Source of the DNA: an uncultured Myxococcales bacterium
GTDB taxonomy: Bacteria; Myxococcota; Kuafuiibacteriia; Kuafuiibacteriales; Kuafuiibacteriaceae
NCBI GenBank assembly: GCA_964463485.1
Contig: CAYXDO010000049.1
Location: 1,889 to 65,888, forward strand
DNA length: 64,000 nt
Direction: 5' to 3'
Shown: one piece after another, positions 30,920 through 39,893 of the stretch
Numbering within the stretch: position 1 is the stretch's first letter
Layout of the letters: the number at the start of each line of letters is the position of its first letter
The notes under the pieces: generated by a model
What the model saw: only the letters and a program-made list of their open reading frames with translations
Database searches by the model: none
What the model was told of the DNA's origin: nothing
Program-made: the position numbers and the translations under genes

Positions 30920-32419
30920 TTGGGGCAAGATAATCGAATGCGGCGACCTCTGTTTTCGGGCCCCAAGCGGCGACCCCCAGCGCACCGATCAGGTCGATCA
31001 GGTCGTCGTCGCGGGTTGAACGAGGAACACTCCGTCGCTCGTGCTCCTGCTCGTGCTCGTGCTCGATCTGGACGACTTCGAGCGACAGCCCGAGCATCGG
31101 CAGGAAATCGTCGGCCTGTCCATCTGTTCGGCGCTCTAAGCTGGGCTCTCGCCGCTCCGTTGGGTTGCGGTTCGAAAGAACCATTGCCTTTCGATTTTCC
31201 TCCCGGGCTCGAACCAAACGGCTCCGAAGTGCTCAGGATCGTGAGCGGGTCCGACTCGAGCTTGTTCGCGTTCGGCGGAGGTGAGCCTCGAATTCTCCTT
31301 CCCTACTCCTTCGACGCCGACGAGGAGCTCGTGCTCGAAGCGCTCGTCTCACCTTCCTCCCTCGAAATGCTAGGTCTTGGGACAGGACCGATCTCCACGC
31401 GTGATGACGCCTCGCCGCTGCCCAACGGCGAAGGGTTCGAAGCCCGAATCTCCGACGGCTTGTTCTCCGGCTGGAAAGGCGCATCGGTCGAGACGTTGCG
31501 CGGCCTGAACCTCGCGGCTCCTTCAGCATGCCGCAGAGTCTCCGTCAGTCCTCCCGTCACCATCGAAGACTTCGAGTCGCAGGGCTACTTCGTCACCGAG
31601 CAGCGCGGAGGAATCGCGCTCGTCGGCTACGCACACGGAATGTTCTCAGTCACCCCGAACCTCGAATTCGATCGGCTCGAGCCGGATTCGGACCTCGGAA
31701 ACATCTTCGCCGCCTCGGTCGACGGGAATGAGTTGGTGCTCTTTGGCGACCAAGGGCGAGTATGGAACGCGACCCTCGACCAGGGCCACCTCTCCGCGAC
31801 CCTGTCCACGGCGAGCCCCTCGCGAGCTTCGCTGCGCTTCGCGGCCGCCCAGAATGGCGAGTACCTCGCACTCACCAACGAGCGCGCCGTGGAATACTTC
31901 GACGGAAACGGTTGGACGACCCGCTACCGGTTCGACGGCCTCCCAAGAGACAGTGACTGCGGTGGGATCGCGCGCATCGAAGATCGTGTGATGGCCGTCG
32001 GAGGAGCCAGACCCATCGCCGTCGAGCTCGACCTCCTCACCGGCAAGAGCCGCGAATGGCGACTCACCGAGAGCACCAACGAGGAAGTCTGCGCGATCGC
32101 CGCCACGGAGCTCGGCTTCACCATCGGCACCGGCTTCGGAAGGATCTTCGTCCAACGCGAGGCCGATCGCGAACCCACGCCGTTGCCCGGCGACTCTCCC
32201 GTGTTCCCGATCGACGCGATCGTCCCATACCCGAACGGGTTCATCTATACCTCCGGCGCCAACATCGGCGAGTTCGACGCGGACTTCGGATTCTGTCCGC
32301 GTACGATCTTCGCTTCTCAGAGCCTCGACGCGATGGGTTGGGTCCAAAGCGCGCTGATCGTGCTCGTCGACCCGAATTCGCCCCACCCCGAACAACTCGA
32401 GACCATCCGCTTCGAGTGA
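30920..32419 (+). CDS. Hypothetical lipoprotein, probable beta-propeller (true start uncertain, likely downstream)
   Basis: Lipobox APLGC near codon 82 of the ORF, followed by a beta-rich body. The first ~60 codons read as low-complexity non-coding sequence. Confidence 0.6.
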   Translation: MGQDNRMRRPLFSGPKRRPPAHRSGRSGRRRGLNEEHSVARAPARARARSGRLRATARASAGNRRPVHLFGALSWALAAPLGCGSKEPLPFDFPPGLEPNGSEVLRIVSGSDSSLFAFGGGEPRILLPYSFDADEELVLEALVSPSSLEMLGLGTGPISTRDDASPLPNGEGFEARISDGLFSGWKGASVETLRGLNLAAPSACRRVSVSPPVTIEDFESQGYFVTEQRGGIALVGYAHGMFSVTPNLEFDRLEPDSDLGNIFAASVDGNELVLFGDQGRVWNATLDQGHLSATLSTASPSRASLRFAAAQNGEYLALTNERAVEYFDGNGWTTRYRFDGLPRDSDCGGIARIEDRVMAVGGARPIAVELDLLTGKSREWRLTESTNEEVCAIAATELGFTIGTGFGRIFVQREADREPTPLPGDSPVFPIDAIVPYPNGFIYTSGANIGEFDADFGFCPRTIFASQSLDAMGWVQSALIVLVDPNSPHPEQLETIRFE

Positions 32420-32431
32420 TGAGGAAGCAAG

Positions 32432-33229
32432 TTACTCACACAGCGCAGGATCGGACGTCTGACAGAGCTCATAAGATTTAGGACCCGAGGCCAGCAAAAC
32501 CGCCGCCACGACCCCTCCGACGACCACGACGCCAGCGCCCACCCAAACCAGCGGATTGCTCGTCCAGGAGCGCTCCTGCTCGAGCCTCAGGCTCACGCGC
32601 TCAATCGCCCCGGAGCCGACCTTCGCCTGCACCGACTTCGGCAAGTACCCATCCCGCTCCGCTGCGACCGAGTAGGTCCCCGGTTTCAACAAGGTGGAGG
32701 TCGTCTCCATCACGAGCTCACCGGAAGAAATCTTGACCTTAGCGTCGGCCGGCACGACCTCGACCTCCAGCCGGCCGCCGATCTCGAACCCAAGAGCCCC
32801 CAACATCTCGCTGGACGCCTGCGCGGCGATCTCGGGCGCGCGCCGCGTGTCTTCGACCATCTCGAGACGAGTCCGCGCGGAGGTCGACAGACTCACGAGC
32901 TGCAGGCTCACCATCGCTGGCGCCACTGACGTGTTGGCCAGCACACGCAGCACATGGTCGACTCCGGCTTCGAGCAATCGCTCGCGAACGCACTGAACGT
33001 CACTGCCACAACGGCGTGCTTCCGCCGCGAACATCGGTACGCCCGGCCCGTCCGGCGATACGACCTCGATCTCCAAAAAGCTCGAAGCACGGTCGCGAAT
33101 GGCCCGCGAGATCGGCTCGGCCTCACTCGCGTCTCCGCCCAGCATGTCCGCCAAGACCAGCAGCTGACGCGGCTCGGCCCACGCCGACGTCGTCACCAGC
33201 ACCGGCAAAGCCGCCAAAAGAAACCGCAC
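32432..33229 (-). CDS. PEGA-domain exported protein with C-terminal TM anchor
   Basis: Signal-like VRFLLAALPVLVTTSAWA, PEGA LEVEVVPADAKV...RDGY. Same layout as 4953-5738. Confidence 0.72.
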   Translation of the reverse strand: MRFLLAALPVLVTTSAWAEPRQLLVLADMLGGDASEAEPISRAIRDRASSFLEIEVVSPDGPGVPMFAAEARRCGSDVQCVRERLLEAGVDHVLRVLANTSVAPAMVSLQLVSLSTSARTRLEMVEDTRRAPEIAAQASSEMLGALGFEIGGRLEVEVVPADAKVKISSGELVMETTSTLLKPGTYSVAAERDGYLPKSVQAKVGSGAIERVSLRLEQERSWTSNPLVWVGAGVVVVGGVVAAVLLASGPKSYELCQTSDPALCE

Positions 33230-33365
33230 GCGCGAACCGTAACCGGCCGACACCCTCGCCGCAACGCCTCCGAATCGGCCGCCCCGAGGAAAAATCGTCG
33301 CCCTTAGACCCAATCCGAAGATCGCACGTTCAACCCATCGAACGCTCCAAACCAAGAGGCACGCA

Positions 33366-34646
33366 ATGAAACTCACTCGATCCATCCTGACCTCCGTCGC
33401 CTTCATGACCGCTACCCCGGCCCTCGCCTACGAGCCCTATGCGACGGGGCAACCGACGCGCACCTGGGGCATTCGCAGACAGGCCGACCCGGAGTTCGCT
33501 CGCGTGATCCAGCGAGTCACCCAGATGCCGTTCGATGGTGAGCTCTCCTCACGCGTCTCCAGGCTCGGGCTCAACGTCGTCAACGTCATGTGGGAAGACA
33601 CTGGCCGGTACCAAGGCTCGGCAGTCGGTCCGAACATCAGCGACCTCACCCTGCAAGTCCGCGAGCGCGTCCCTGAGGGCGTCCGTACTCACTTGCTGCC
33701 CGTGATTCGTCACCCGAACTTCAGCGACGAAAGCGCCGACGTCCCCGCCGACGCCATCTGGGTTCGCGTGGGGAACGAGCGCGATGGCGCCGCCCGTCGG
33801 GCCGTCCCGCTCACCGAGGTTCTGAAGAACCTCAAAGAGTATCTCTCGGACCCGGAGAGCCTCCGCGGGTCCGATGACTTCCTCGCGCGACGGGATACTC
33901 ACTTCCTCGTCAGCGCCCAACACGTCTTCGTCCCCTTGCCGGCCGCCGGAAAGGCCGAATTCAACCCCGTGCTCTTCAACTATCAGTCCGCCCCGGGCTC
34001 GCCCGCGGTCCTCACCCTCCTGGTGACCCGCGAAGGACTCTCCGCGCGCGTGATCGAAAACAAGCCCGGCGACCAGTCTTACCAAGGCTGGGGCCAGCAA
34101 CTCTTCTTCAATGACCACGGCCAAAAGACGACCTTCACCGCCGAACGAAAAAGCGCAGTAGCAGCCCGGGTCGCCAACGGCCAGGGCACCAAAGAAGACG
34201 AGGGCGCGCTCGAAGAAGGCTCTGACATGATGATGATCGTCCAAATCCCGCTCGTGCACGAAAACCGCGGCTACCTGGGCGGCGCGATGGACAGCCTCTC
34301 CGAAGGCGCTCCCGCGCCGGGCGCGGTAGCCCAAGCGCCGATGGCCAAATCCGCCAGCCGCTCCGAGCGCTCCGACGTGGAGCAAGCGGTGATCGGACAC
34401 GGCGACGCGATGGGTACGCACGAGGAATGCGGCGGGCTGAAGCTCGTGCGCGACAAACGGTTCCCGATCCGCGTGACCGTTCAGTTCTACAAGGCCACGA
34501 GCAATGGCATCGTCTCCGACACCGACCTCGCCGAAGTCCACAGCTCGATCGCAAAGGTCTACGCGAGCGCCGACTACGTCGGCTCCCTCGTGGTGCCGAA
34601 GTCGGAGCACAAACGCCCCACCCGCTGGACTCTGTTCGGTGACTGA
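33366..34646 (+). CDS. Conserved-looking exported hypothetical protein
   Basis: Sec signal peptide (TPALA), strong GC3 codon bias, 426 aa. Confidence 0.75.
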   Translation: MKLTRSILTSVAFMTATPALAYEPYATGQPTRTWGIRRQADPEFARVIQRVTQMPFDGELSSRVSRLGLNVVNVMWEDTGRYQGSAVGPNISDLTLQVRERVPEGVRTHLLPVIRHPNFSDESADVPADAIWVRVGNERDGAARRAVPLTEVLKNLKEYLSDPESLRGSDDFLARRDTHFLVSAQHVFVPLPAAGKAEFNPVLFNYQSAPGSPAVLTLLVTREGLSARVIENKPGDQSYQGWGQQLFFNDHGQKTTFTAERKSAVAARVANGQGTKEDEGALEEGSDMMMIVQIPLVHENRGYLGGAMDSLSEGAPAPGAVAQAPMAKSASRSERSDVEQAVIGHGDAMGTHEECGGLKLVRDKRFPIRVTVQFYKATSNGIVSDTDLAEVHSSIAKVYASADYVGSLVVPKSEHKRPTRWTLFGD

Positions 34647-34759
34647 AAACTACTCTCCGAATCGCGCTCTCGACGTCCTGAGACACTGATGTGATGGTGG
34701 GTGGGTCCCAGTGACTTAGGGGCCGTCAAGGAACTACCGGCTTTGATCGACGAGCTCGG

Positions 34760-35001
34760 GGTGACCGGACTCATCGGATTCGCAGCTTCGCGACCACGAC
34801 CGAATTACCGGATCAACTTGGTCTCCGATTGGCCAAGGCCGCACTCGCCATCGGAAAGGACGCCGTCCGCCTCAGATGAGGGTGACCAGACTCTTCGGAT
34901 TCGCAGCTTCGCGACCACGACCGAATTACCGGATCAACTTGGTCTCCGATTGGCCAAGGCCGCACTCGCCATCGGAAAGGACGCCGTCCGCCTCAGATGA
35001 G
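34760..35001. repeat. 121-bp direct tandem repeat, 2 copies (34760-34880, 34881-35001)
   Basis: The units differ at 2 positions by manual comparison. Confidence 0.9.
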
Positions 35002-35301
35002 TATACTTTCTCGCGCCGAACGCGCCCGAGCTCAGCTTCGATGACTCACTCCGAAGCTCCGGCAATCTCCGCCTCCAGCGCTCGCAGCGAAGCCAAGACG
35101 TCGCGCACGTCGGACGCATGGATTCCGGGCCCAACCCTCGTGCGTACATCGAGAAATCGTCGCTCGAACCTGGCCAGCTCGGGCGGCTCGACTTTGGAGC
35201 TCGACGCGCGGATCCGTGCGAAAACACCAACCAAGCGGTCCTCCAAAAAACGTTCGCCTTCGAACGAACCCAGATCCAACTCTGCCAAGCCACCGCGGGC
35301 C
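34994..35301 (-). pseudogene. Orphan copy C of the 3' end plus flank of the kinase at 49132-51792
   Basis: Aligns to 49080-49387 with ~25 mismatches. The reading frame is intact (LAELDLGSFEGERF...ASE*). Confidence 0.9.
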
Positions 35302-35313
35302 CGGGCAGTGCCC

Positions 35314-35455
35314 TTCGAACAGTGCCGGGCACCGCTCGAAATGGGCGGCACCGCTCGAAATGGGCGGCACACCGCTCGAAATGGGCGAAATGGGCAAGGC
35401 AGCTTCGTATTCGGTAGGAGCGCTGTTCGAAATGGGTCGGCACCGTTTGAAAAGG
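35314..35455. repeat. Cluster of short repeats with core GCACYGYTYGAAA (one inverted copy, then about five direct copies)
   Basis: ttcgaacagtgcc at 35314, ggcaccgctcgaaatgggc x3 (35328-35386), variants at 35420 and 35439. Confidence 0.85.
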
Positions 35456-35473
35456 CGCACTGCTGTATGCCGA

Positions 35474-35818
35474 CTACTTAGGAAGCCAGGCACACGATCC
35501 CTTGCCGCACCCACACCGGAGCGCGAACCGCTCGGCCCGCTGGCACGGGCAGACCGTTGTGAGGATGTGCAGGCAATAGGGAAAGTAAGATATGCAGGCT
35601 CCTGGCTCACAGCCGTAGTCCCCACAGTCCGAGTCCTTCGTACATTCGCCGCCCCCCCCTCCGCAGAACGGCTCAGTGTCGGCCTCCTCGCCGCACTCCC
35701 GACAGACCGGATCTGAATCGCAGGCACTGACGGGGGTGCTCGGCTCGGCGGGTTCTCGACCGCAGCCCCACAAGCCAACTCCGAGCAAAAGGAGCGGGAC
35801 AATCGGTCGGCGCTTCAT
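35474..35818 (-). CDS. Small Cys-rich lipoprotein, eight-cysteine-cluster-like domain
   Basis: Lipobox LWGC; FCG...C..D.DC...GC....C...C.C....C.W. ATGA overlap with the upstream FN3 ORF. Confidence 0.75.
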   Translation of the reverse strand: MKRRPIVPLLLLGVGLWGCGREPAEPSTPVSACDSDPVCRECGEEADTEPFCGGGGGECTKDSDCGDYGCEPGACISYFPYCLHILTTVCPCQRAERFALRCGCGKGSCAWLPK

Positions 35819-36433
35819 GGCGGAAACACCGGTCGCCCGAAGTCAGAACAAGTCACGTGTCCGTCGAAATCGAGGCAGCTTCTTATTCGGTAGGAGCCCG
35901 CGAAACTGGCCTGCGGGTCCAAGAACTCCACTGAGGGAAACGGACCCAAATGTCCCCGCACCAAGGCGACGGTTTCATAGTACGAGTCTTCGGGGCTCGG
36001 ACCGACCCGAATTTCCCGCTCGATCTCGTAGGCGTTCGCGAGTGGGCAGCCATCGGTCCACGAGACGCGCATTTGACTACCGTCGAGAGGCAAGACCGCT
36101 CCAGCCCAAGTCACGGAAGGTTGGGTCAATGCTGTCGACCCGACGCACCCAGCCTCCGCCCGGCAACGGGCCGCTGACCGTCAGCCGGAAGTTGACCGTC
36201 GGGATTGGCCCCGACCGCGACCAGGAGATGGGGAGAATGTCAAATCCAGGCGCGCCGACCAGGAAATTGGTGGGAACTTCTGGGACAATACTCACCGTGT
36301 CGAAGGAAACGGGTTCGGTCCACCCAGAGCAGACGACGCCGTCGACGGCGTCGCGACAGGCCCTGACGGACACGTCATAGGTCACACCCGGATGAAGCCC
36401 TTCCACCGCAGCGCGAGTTTGCGGTCCGATCAC
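35815..36433 (-). pseudogene. 5'-truncated, frameshifted fibronectin type III repeat protein
   Basis: FN3 motifs (GLHPGVTYDVSVRAC; VSWTD...YEIER) are split over two frames (36077-36433 and 35815-36129). No signal peptide. Confidence 0.75.
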
Positions 36434-36639
36434 ACGGTTGGCTAGTTAATTAGATCCGTTCCCGGTCCGGGTCCGGGTCCCGAAATTACTGGGCTCTTGC
36501 CCACTCGCCTGGGATCGTGGTGGCCGGTGACGGGCTCGCCGGTCATTCGAGGCGAGTACGCGATCTCCCGAATTTCGCACTCCGGGCGAACGGACTTGAG
36601 TGCCGCGACGCCGCCCGACACCATAGGGGGGGGGAGACC

Positions 36640-36924
36640 CTACTCGCCGCGAGCAACCCGGCGGAAGTTCTCGTCGACCCACTGGCACTTGTGCTCGACA
36701 CAGGCACAAACGAGGTCATAGGGCTCCGGATTCTCGCACGCTATTTTTATGTGCGTCGCGTGAGTTTGGATTTCCTTCGTGGCGCATAGCCTCGCCCAGC
36801 CCGATGCGTTGCACTCCGTGTCGCTCGTGCAATAGTCGAACTCACTGAAACCGCAGAACTCATCGGAGCTGCATCCTAGGACGGCGGCCATCGCCGCCGT
36901 AATTAGCGCTCGCGGCCCCATCAT
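36640..36924 (-). CDS. Small Cys-rich lipoprotein, eight-cysteine-cluster-like domain (paralog of 35474-35818)
   Basis: Lipobox VLGC; FCGFSEFDYCTSDTEC...CACVEHKCQW. ATGA overlap at 36921-36924. Confidence 0.75.
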   Translation of the reverse strand: MMGPRALITAAMAAVLGCSSDEFCGFSEFDYCTSDTECNASGWARLCATKEIQTHATHIKIACENPEPYDLVCACVEHKCQWVDENFRRVARGE

Positions 36925-37490
36925 TCGACTTGGCACGCCGCTGTACAGCCATCGCCGTCGTCCGTGTTGCGATCGTCGCACTGCTCTCCGGCGTCGACTC
37001 GGTGGTTGCCGCAGACGCGAGCCAAGGCGAGATTACTCCATTCCGAGCACGCCGAATCGACACATGAACGAACAAAATACCGCCCCTGAAGGAGGACGTC
37101 GGGATCAACAATCGAGAGAGTCGGCAAGGGACCTTGGTGACCTTGGACGAAATGGTTCACCCAATCCATTGGAATGGGACCCGGTGCAGAGCCCGGCCAA
37201 TCAGATACGATTTGGTAGAGGTTTGCTTCCACGTTGCAGTCGGCCCAACTCAGTTGAACATCATCGCCCATCACCGAAGTGACTCGAAGGCCGGCTGGAG
37301 CGCAAGGCACGAATCCATCGGTCTGTTGAGGGAGGAACGCGTTGGCGCAGCCATCGAGGGAGCACGCACGCACATTGATGACGTACGTCCGGGTCTTTCT
37401 GAGGTTGTCAAAGGTGAAGCTGCGGGCGGACGCAGGTAGCGGTCGCTGCGGAAACCGATGATCACGTGTCCAGGCTACCACTTCATACTG
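36921..37490 (-). pseudogene. 5'-truncated FN3 repeat protein ending in a Myxococcus cysteine-rich repeat
   Basis: FDNLRKTRTYVINVRAC, a full FN3 domain, then CGNHRVDAGEQCDDRNTDDGDGCTAACQVE. It begins mid-domain at a hexamer repeat tract. Confidence 0.78.
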
Positions 37491-37614
37491 TCGGGGTCGA
37501 AGTCGGAGTCGGAGTCGGAGTCGCCGCCCTCGGCCGACCAAGTCAGTCGCACGTCGTCGCCTTGCGACTCCCCGAGCTCATCGTCCGAGACACGGTGACA
37601 CTCGATGCCTTCGC

Positions 37615-38160
37615 CCGCAGCCTGCTGCCGTTCGGTGACTCGGTCTGGGCAGTGCTACCTTGGGAAGGCCGGCTGGTTCGCTTGGTGCCCAGATGAGTAT
37701 ACTTTCACGCGCCAAGCGCGCCCGAGCTCAGCTTCGATGACTCACTCCGAAGCTGCGGCAATTTCCGCCTCTAGCGCTCGCAGCGAAGCCAAGGCGTCGC
37801 GCACGTCCGACGCATCGATTCCGGGCCCAACCCTCGTGCGTACGTCGAGAAATCGTCGCTCGAACCTGGCCAGCTCGGACGGCTCGACTTTGGCGCTCGA
37901 CGCGCGGATCCGAGCGAGAACACCCTTCAGACGCTCCTCCAAAAATCGTTCGCCTTCGAATGAACCCAGATCCAGCTCTGCCAAGGCACGGCGGGCCGCC
38001 ACTTCGTCTCGAGCGGCCACCGCGTCTCGCAGCCTTCGTCCGACTTCGGCCGTCGAAGGCACCAACAACAGGTCCGAAAGCTCGAGCCCACGGGAACGTA
38101 GCTCCGCGCTGACGGTCGTTCGGACGGCGTCGGCGGCCGGGGCCTTCGCAGGCCGCGGTT
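37615..38160 (-). pseudogene. Orphan copy B of the 3' end plus flank of the kinase at 49132-51792
   Basis: 37615-38100 is identical to 49005-49490 (486 bp, checked line by line); 38101-38160 is similar but diverged. Confidence 0.95.
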
Positions 38161-38163
38161 CGC

Positions 38164-38229
38164 GAAGCTTTTCGAACAGTGCCAGTGCGGGAAGCTTTTC
38201 GAACGGTGCCGAAGCTTTTCGAACAGTGC
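38164..38229. repeat. Three copies of gaagcttttcgaacRgtgc(c)
   Basis: Copies at 38164, 38191 and 38211. They share the 13-mer TTCGAACAGTGCC with 35314. Confidence 0.9.
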
Positions 38230-38426
38230 GACAAGCGCACCTATGATATGAAGGTCGCCTGACCATCAACCACCACCGGATCGCAGCTTCACGGCAACGG
38301 GCCGACGAGACTCCTTCGCGGCCCCTCGCACCGAAGGTTCCGTCGTTCGACCCAGCGAGCGCCGAGCCGTTGCTGACCAACTGGTGCTCATCACGCCTAT
38401 CTCGGCTGGCGTGCATCCTGCGACAA

Positions 38427-39893
38427 TCAAGAGCCTCGCAGAATCCGGCAACCCTCTGATTCCCGCTCGGACTCAACACAACCCATCGTCACCGATCGGA
38501 AATCACCGATGCCCACCAGAGCCCGTTCGAGCGGCGTCTCCCGCCCAAACACGACAACGGAAATGCGTTCGTACGTGCGTAGCGCCGTCACGATACGGTC
38601 GATCGCGGGAAGAGCCACGGTATCGTTGCCTCCCGAAAAGACGACTCGTAACCGGGTCGATCCCTCGATCGAGACGGCCACATACCCATCAGGTGCCGGC
38701 TGAAGCGCCAGCGTGAGGCGATCGGGATAGATTGAGATCCGGGGCGAATCAAGCATCGACCCCGGCAATCTTGCAGGCGATCCCTCCGCGACCGCAAGGC
38801 GAACCGCATCCTCATTTGCCAGGCGGCTCCAATCGAACGAAGCCACGATCACTGATGTCGTTCCGTCCGGCGCGCGAATCGACCACCGTGCAGGCGCACA
38901 GTTTGGAGGCTCGGAAATGACGTCAACAGCCCCTGGAACGAAGTTCCATGCACTGTCGTGCCTCGCCGCGATGGCCAACACCGTTTCATCGCACCGACCG
39001 ATCTCTGGAACTGCGAAGGTCGTCGTTGCGCTCGCGGGTGTCGACACTTCGAAAGTGAGGGCGTCCTGTCGATACTCGGGCCCGCAGTCGCCGGTACAGC
39101 TAGCCCGGACCATGATAGCGAGGTCTTCGGAAAAGCCCGATGTTGCGCCACGGAGAACTGGCAAGATCGCGCCAGGCCAAATGGCAGTACCGGGCCCTGA
39201 GCAGAACCGACCCGGCCGGGATGCATTGGCCAAAGTGAAAAAGAGCGAGGCACGCACGTTGCCTCCGATCGCCCAGGCTACGTAGTCACCAGAGACAGTC
39301 CGATGGTCGACGAGGCAGCCGAGCATTCCCGCTGGAACGTCGACACTGCCACAGTGGGGCTCGCCAGGTTGGTCGGAGATTCCGGGGGCTAAAAGAGATC
39401 GAGGTACCTCGACCGTCCTAGTCATCCCCGACTCCGGGTCGTAAACCTGGGGTTTCAGCGTATCGCAAAACAGTGAACTGATCCCAAGGTCGGACCGGTA
39501 CCTCGGGAGAGAGAGTCCACCGATCGCAAGGCGGATAGCGTCGGGGCTCGTGGCGGTCGTCGTGGAGAGGCGTCCTCGTACTCCGCTGGGGCGAGCACCT
39601 TCCTCCCGGCGGAGGGCGACACGGATTGGTTCGGATCCGCCAACGAGGAGCACGAGCATCGACTCATATTCCGCGCGCTCGAGCAGAACAAAGTTGGCAG
39701 GTTTGGACTGGTAGAAATGAACGATCCCACCTTGCGCGCTCACCTTGCCTTCTGCTGCCGTTGCCTGAACGTCGCCAAGTAACTTCTGGTTCTCGTCGTA
39801 GATAAGGGCTCCGAAAGAATACGCCGGAAACGGATCCGGGCCTTCGTCACCAGCGCATGCGGCGAAAACGGCGAGGCCAATGCACGCCCTCAT
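38427..39893 (-). CDS. Hypothetical lipoprotein (488 aa), translationally coupled to the giant upstream gene
   Basis: Lipobox FAAC. ATG at 39893 overlaps the TGA of the upstream ORF (ATGA). Confidence 0.72.
   Translation of the reverse strand: MRACIGLAVFAACAGDEGPDPFPAYSFGALIYDENQKLLGDVQATAAEGKVSAQGGIVHFYQSKPANFVLLERAEYESMLVLLVGGSEPIRVALRREEGARPSGVRGRLSTTTATSPDAIRLAIGGLSLPRYRSDLGISSLFCDTLKPQVYDPESGMTRTVEVPRSLLAPGISDQPGEPHCGSVDVPAGMLGCLVDHRTVSGDYVAWAIGGNVRASLFFTLANASRPGRFCSGPGTAIWPGAILPVLRGATSGFSEDLAIMVRASCTGDCGPEYRQDALTFEVSTPASATTTFAVPEIGRCDETVLAIAARHDSAWNFVPGAVDVISEPPNCAPARWSIRAPDGTTSVIVASFDWSRLANEDAVRLAVAEGSPARLPGSMLDSPRISIYPDRLTLALQPAPDGYVAVSIEGSTRLRVVFSGGNDTVALPAIDRIVTALRTYERISVVVFGRETPLERALVGIGDFRSVTMGCVESERESEGCRILRGS

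Noticed and set aside
31035-31070. (ctcgtg)n tract giving HEHEQEH or ARARAR peptides
   Set aside because: Most likely an intergenic hexamer repeat rather than a His-rich coding motif. It only obscures the start of the 30920 ORF.
35328-35455. CRISPR array interpretation of the short repeats
   Set aside because: Units are ~19 nt and mostly contiguous without regular unique spacers, and there are no cas genes. Only one spacer-like segment exists, reported separately.
36442-36624. 60-aa ORF after the C9 tract with VAALKSVRPE (kinase subdomain II-like)
   Set aside because: The similarity is too short to support, and no other kinase motifs follow.
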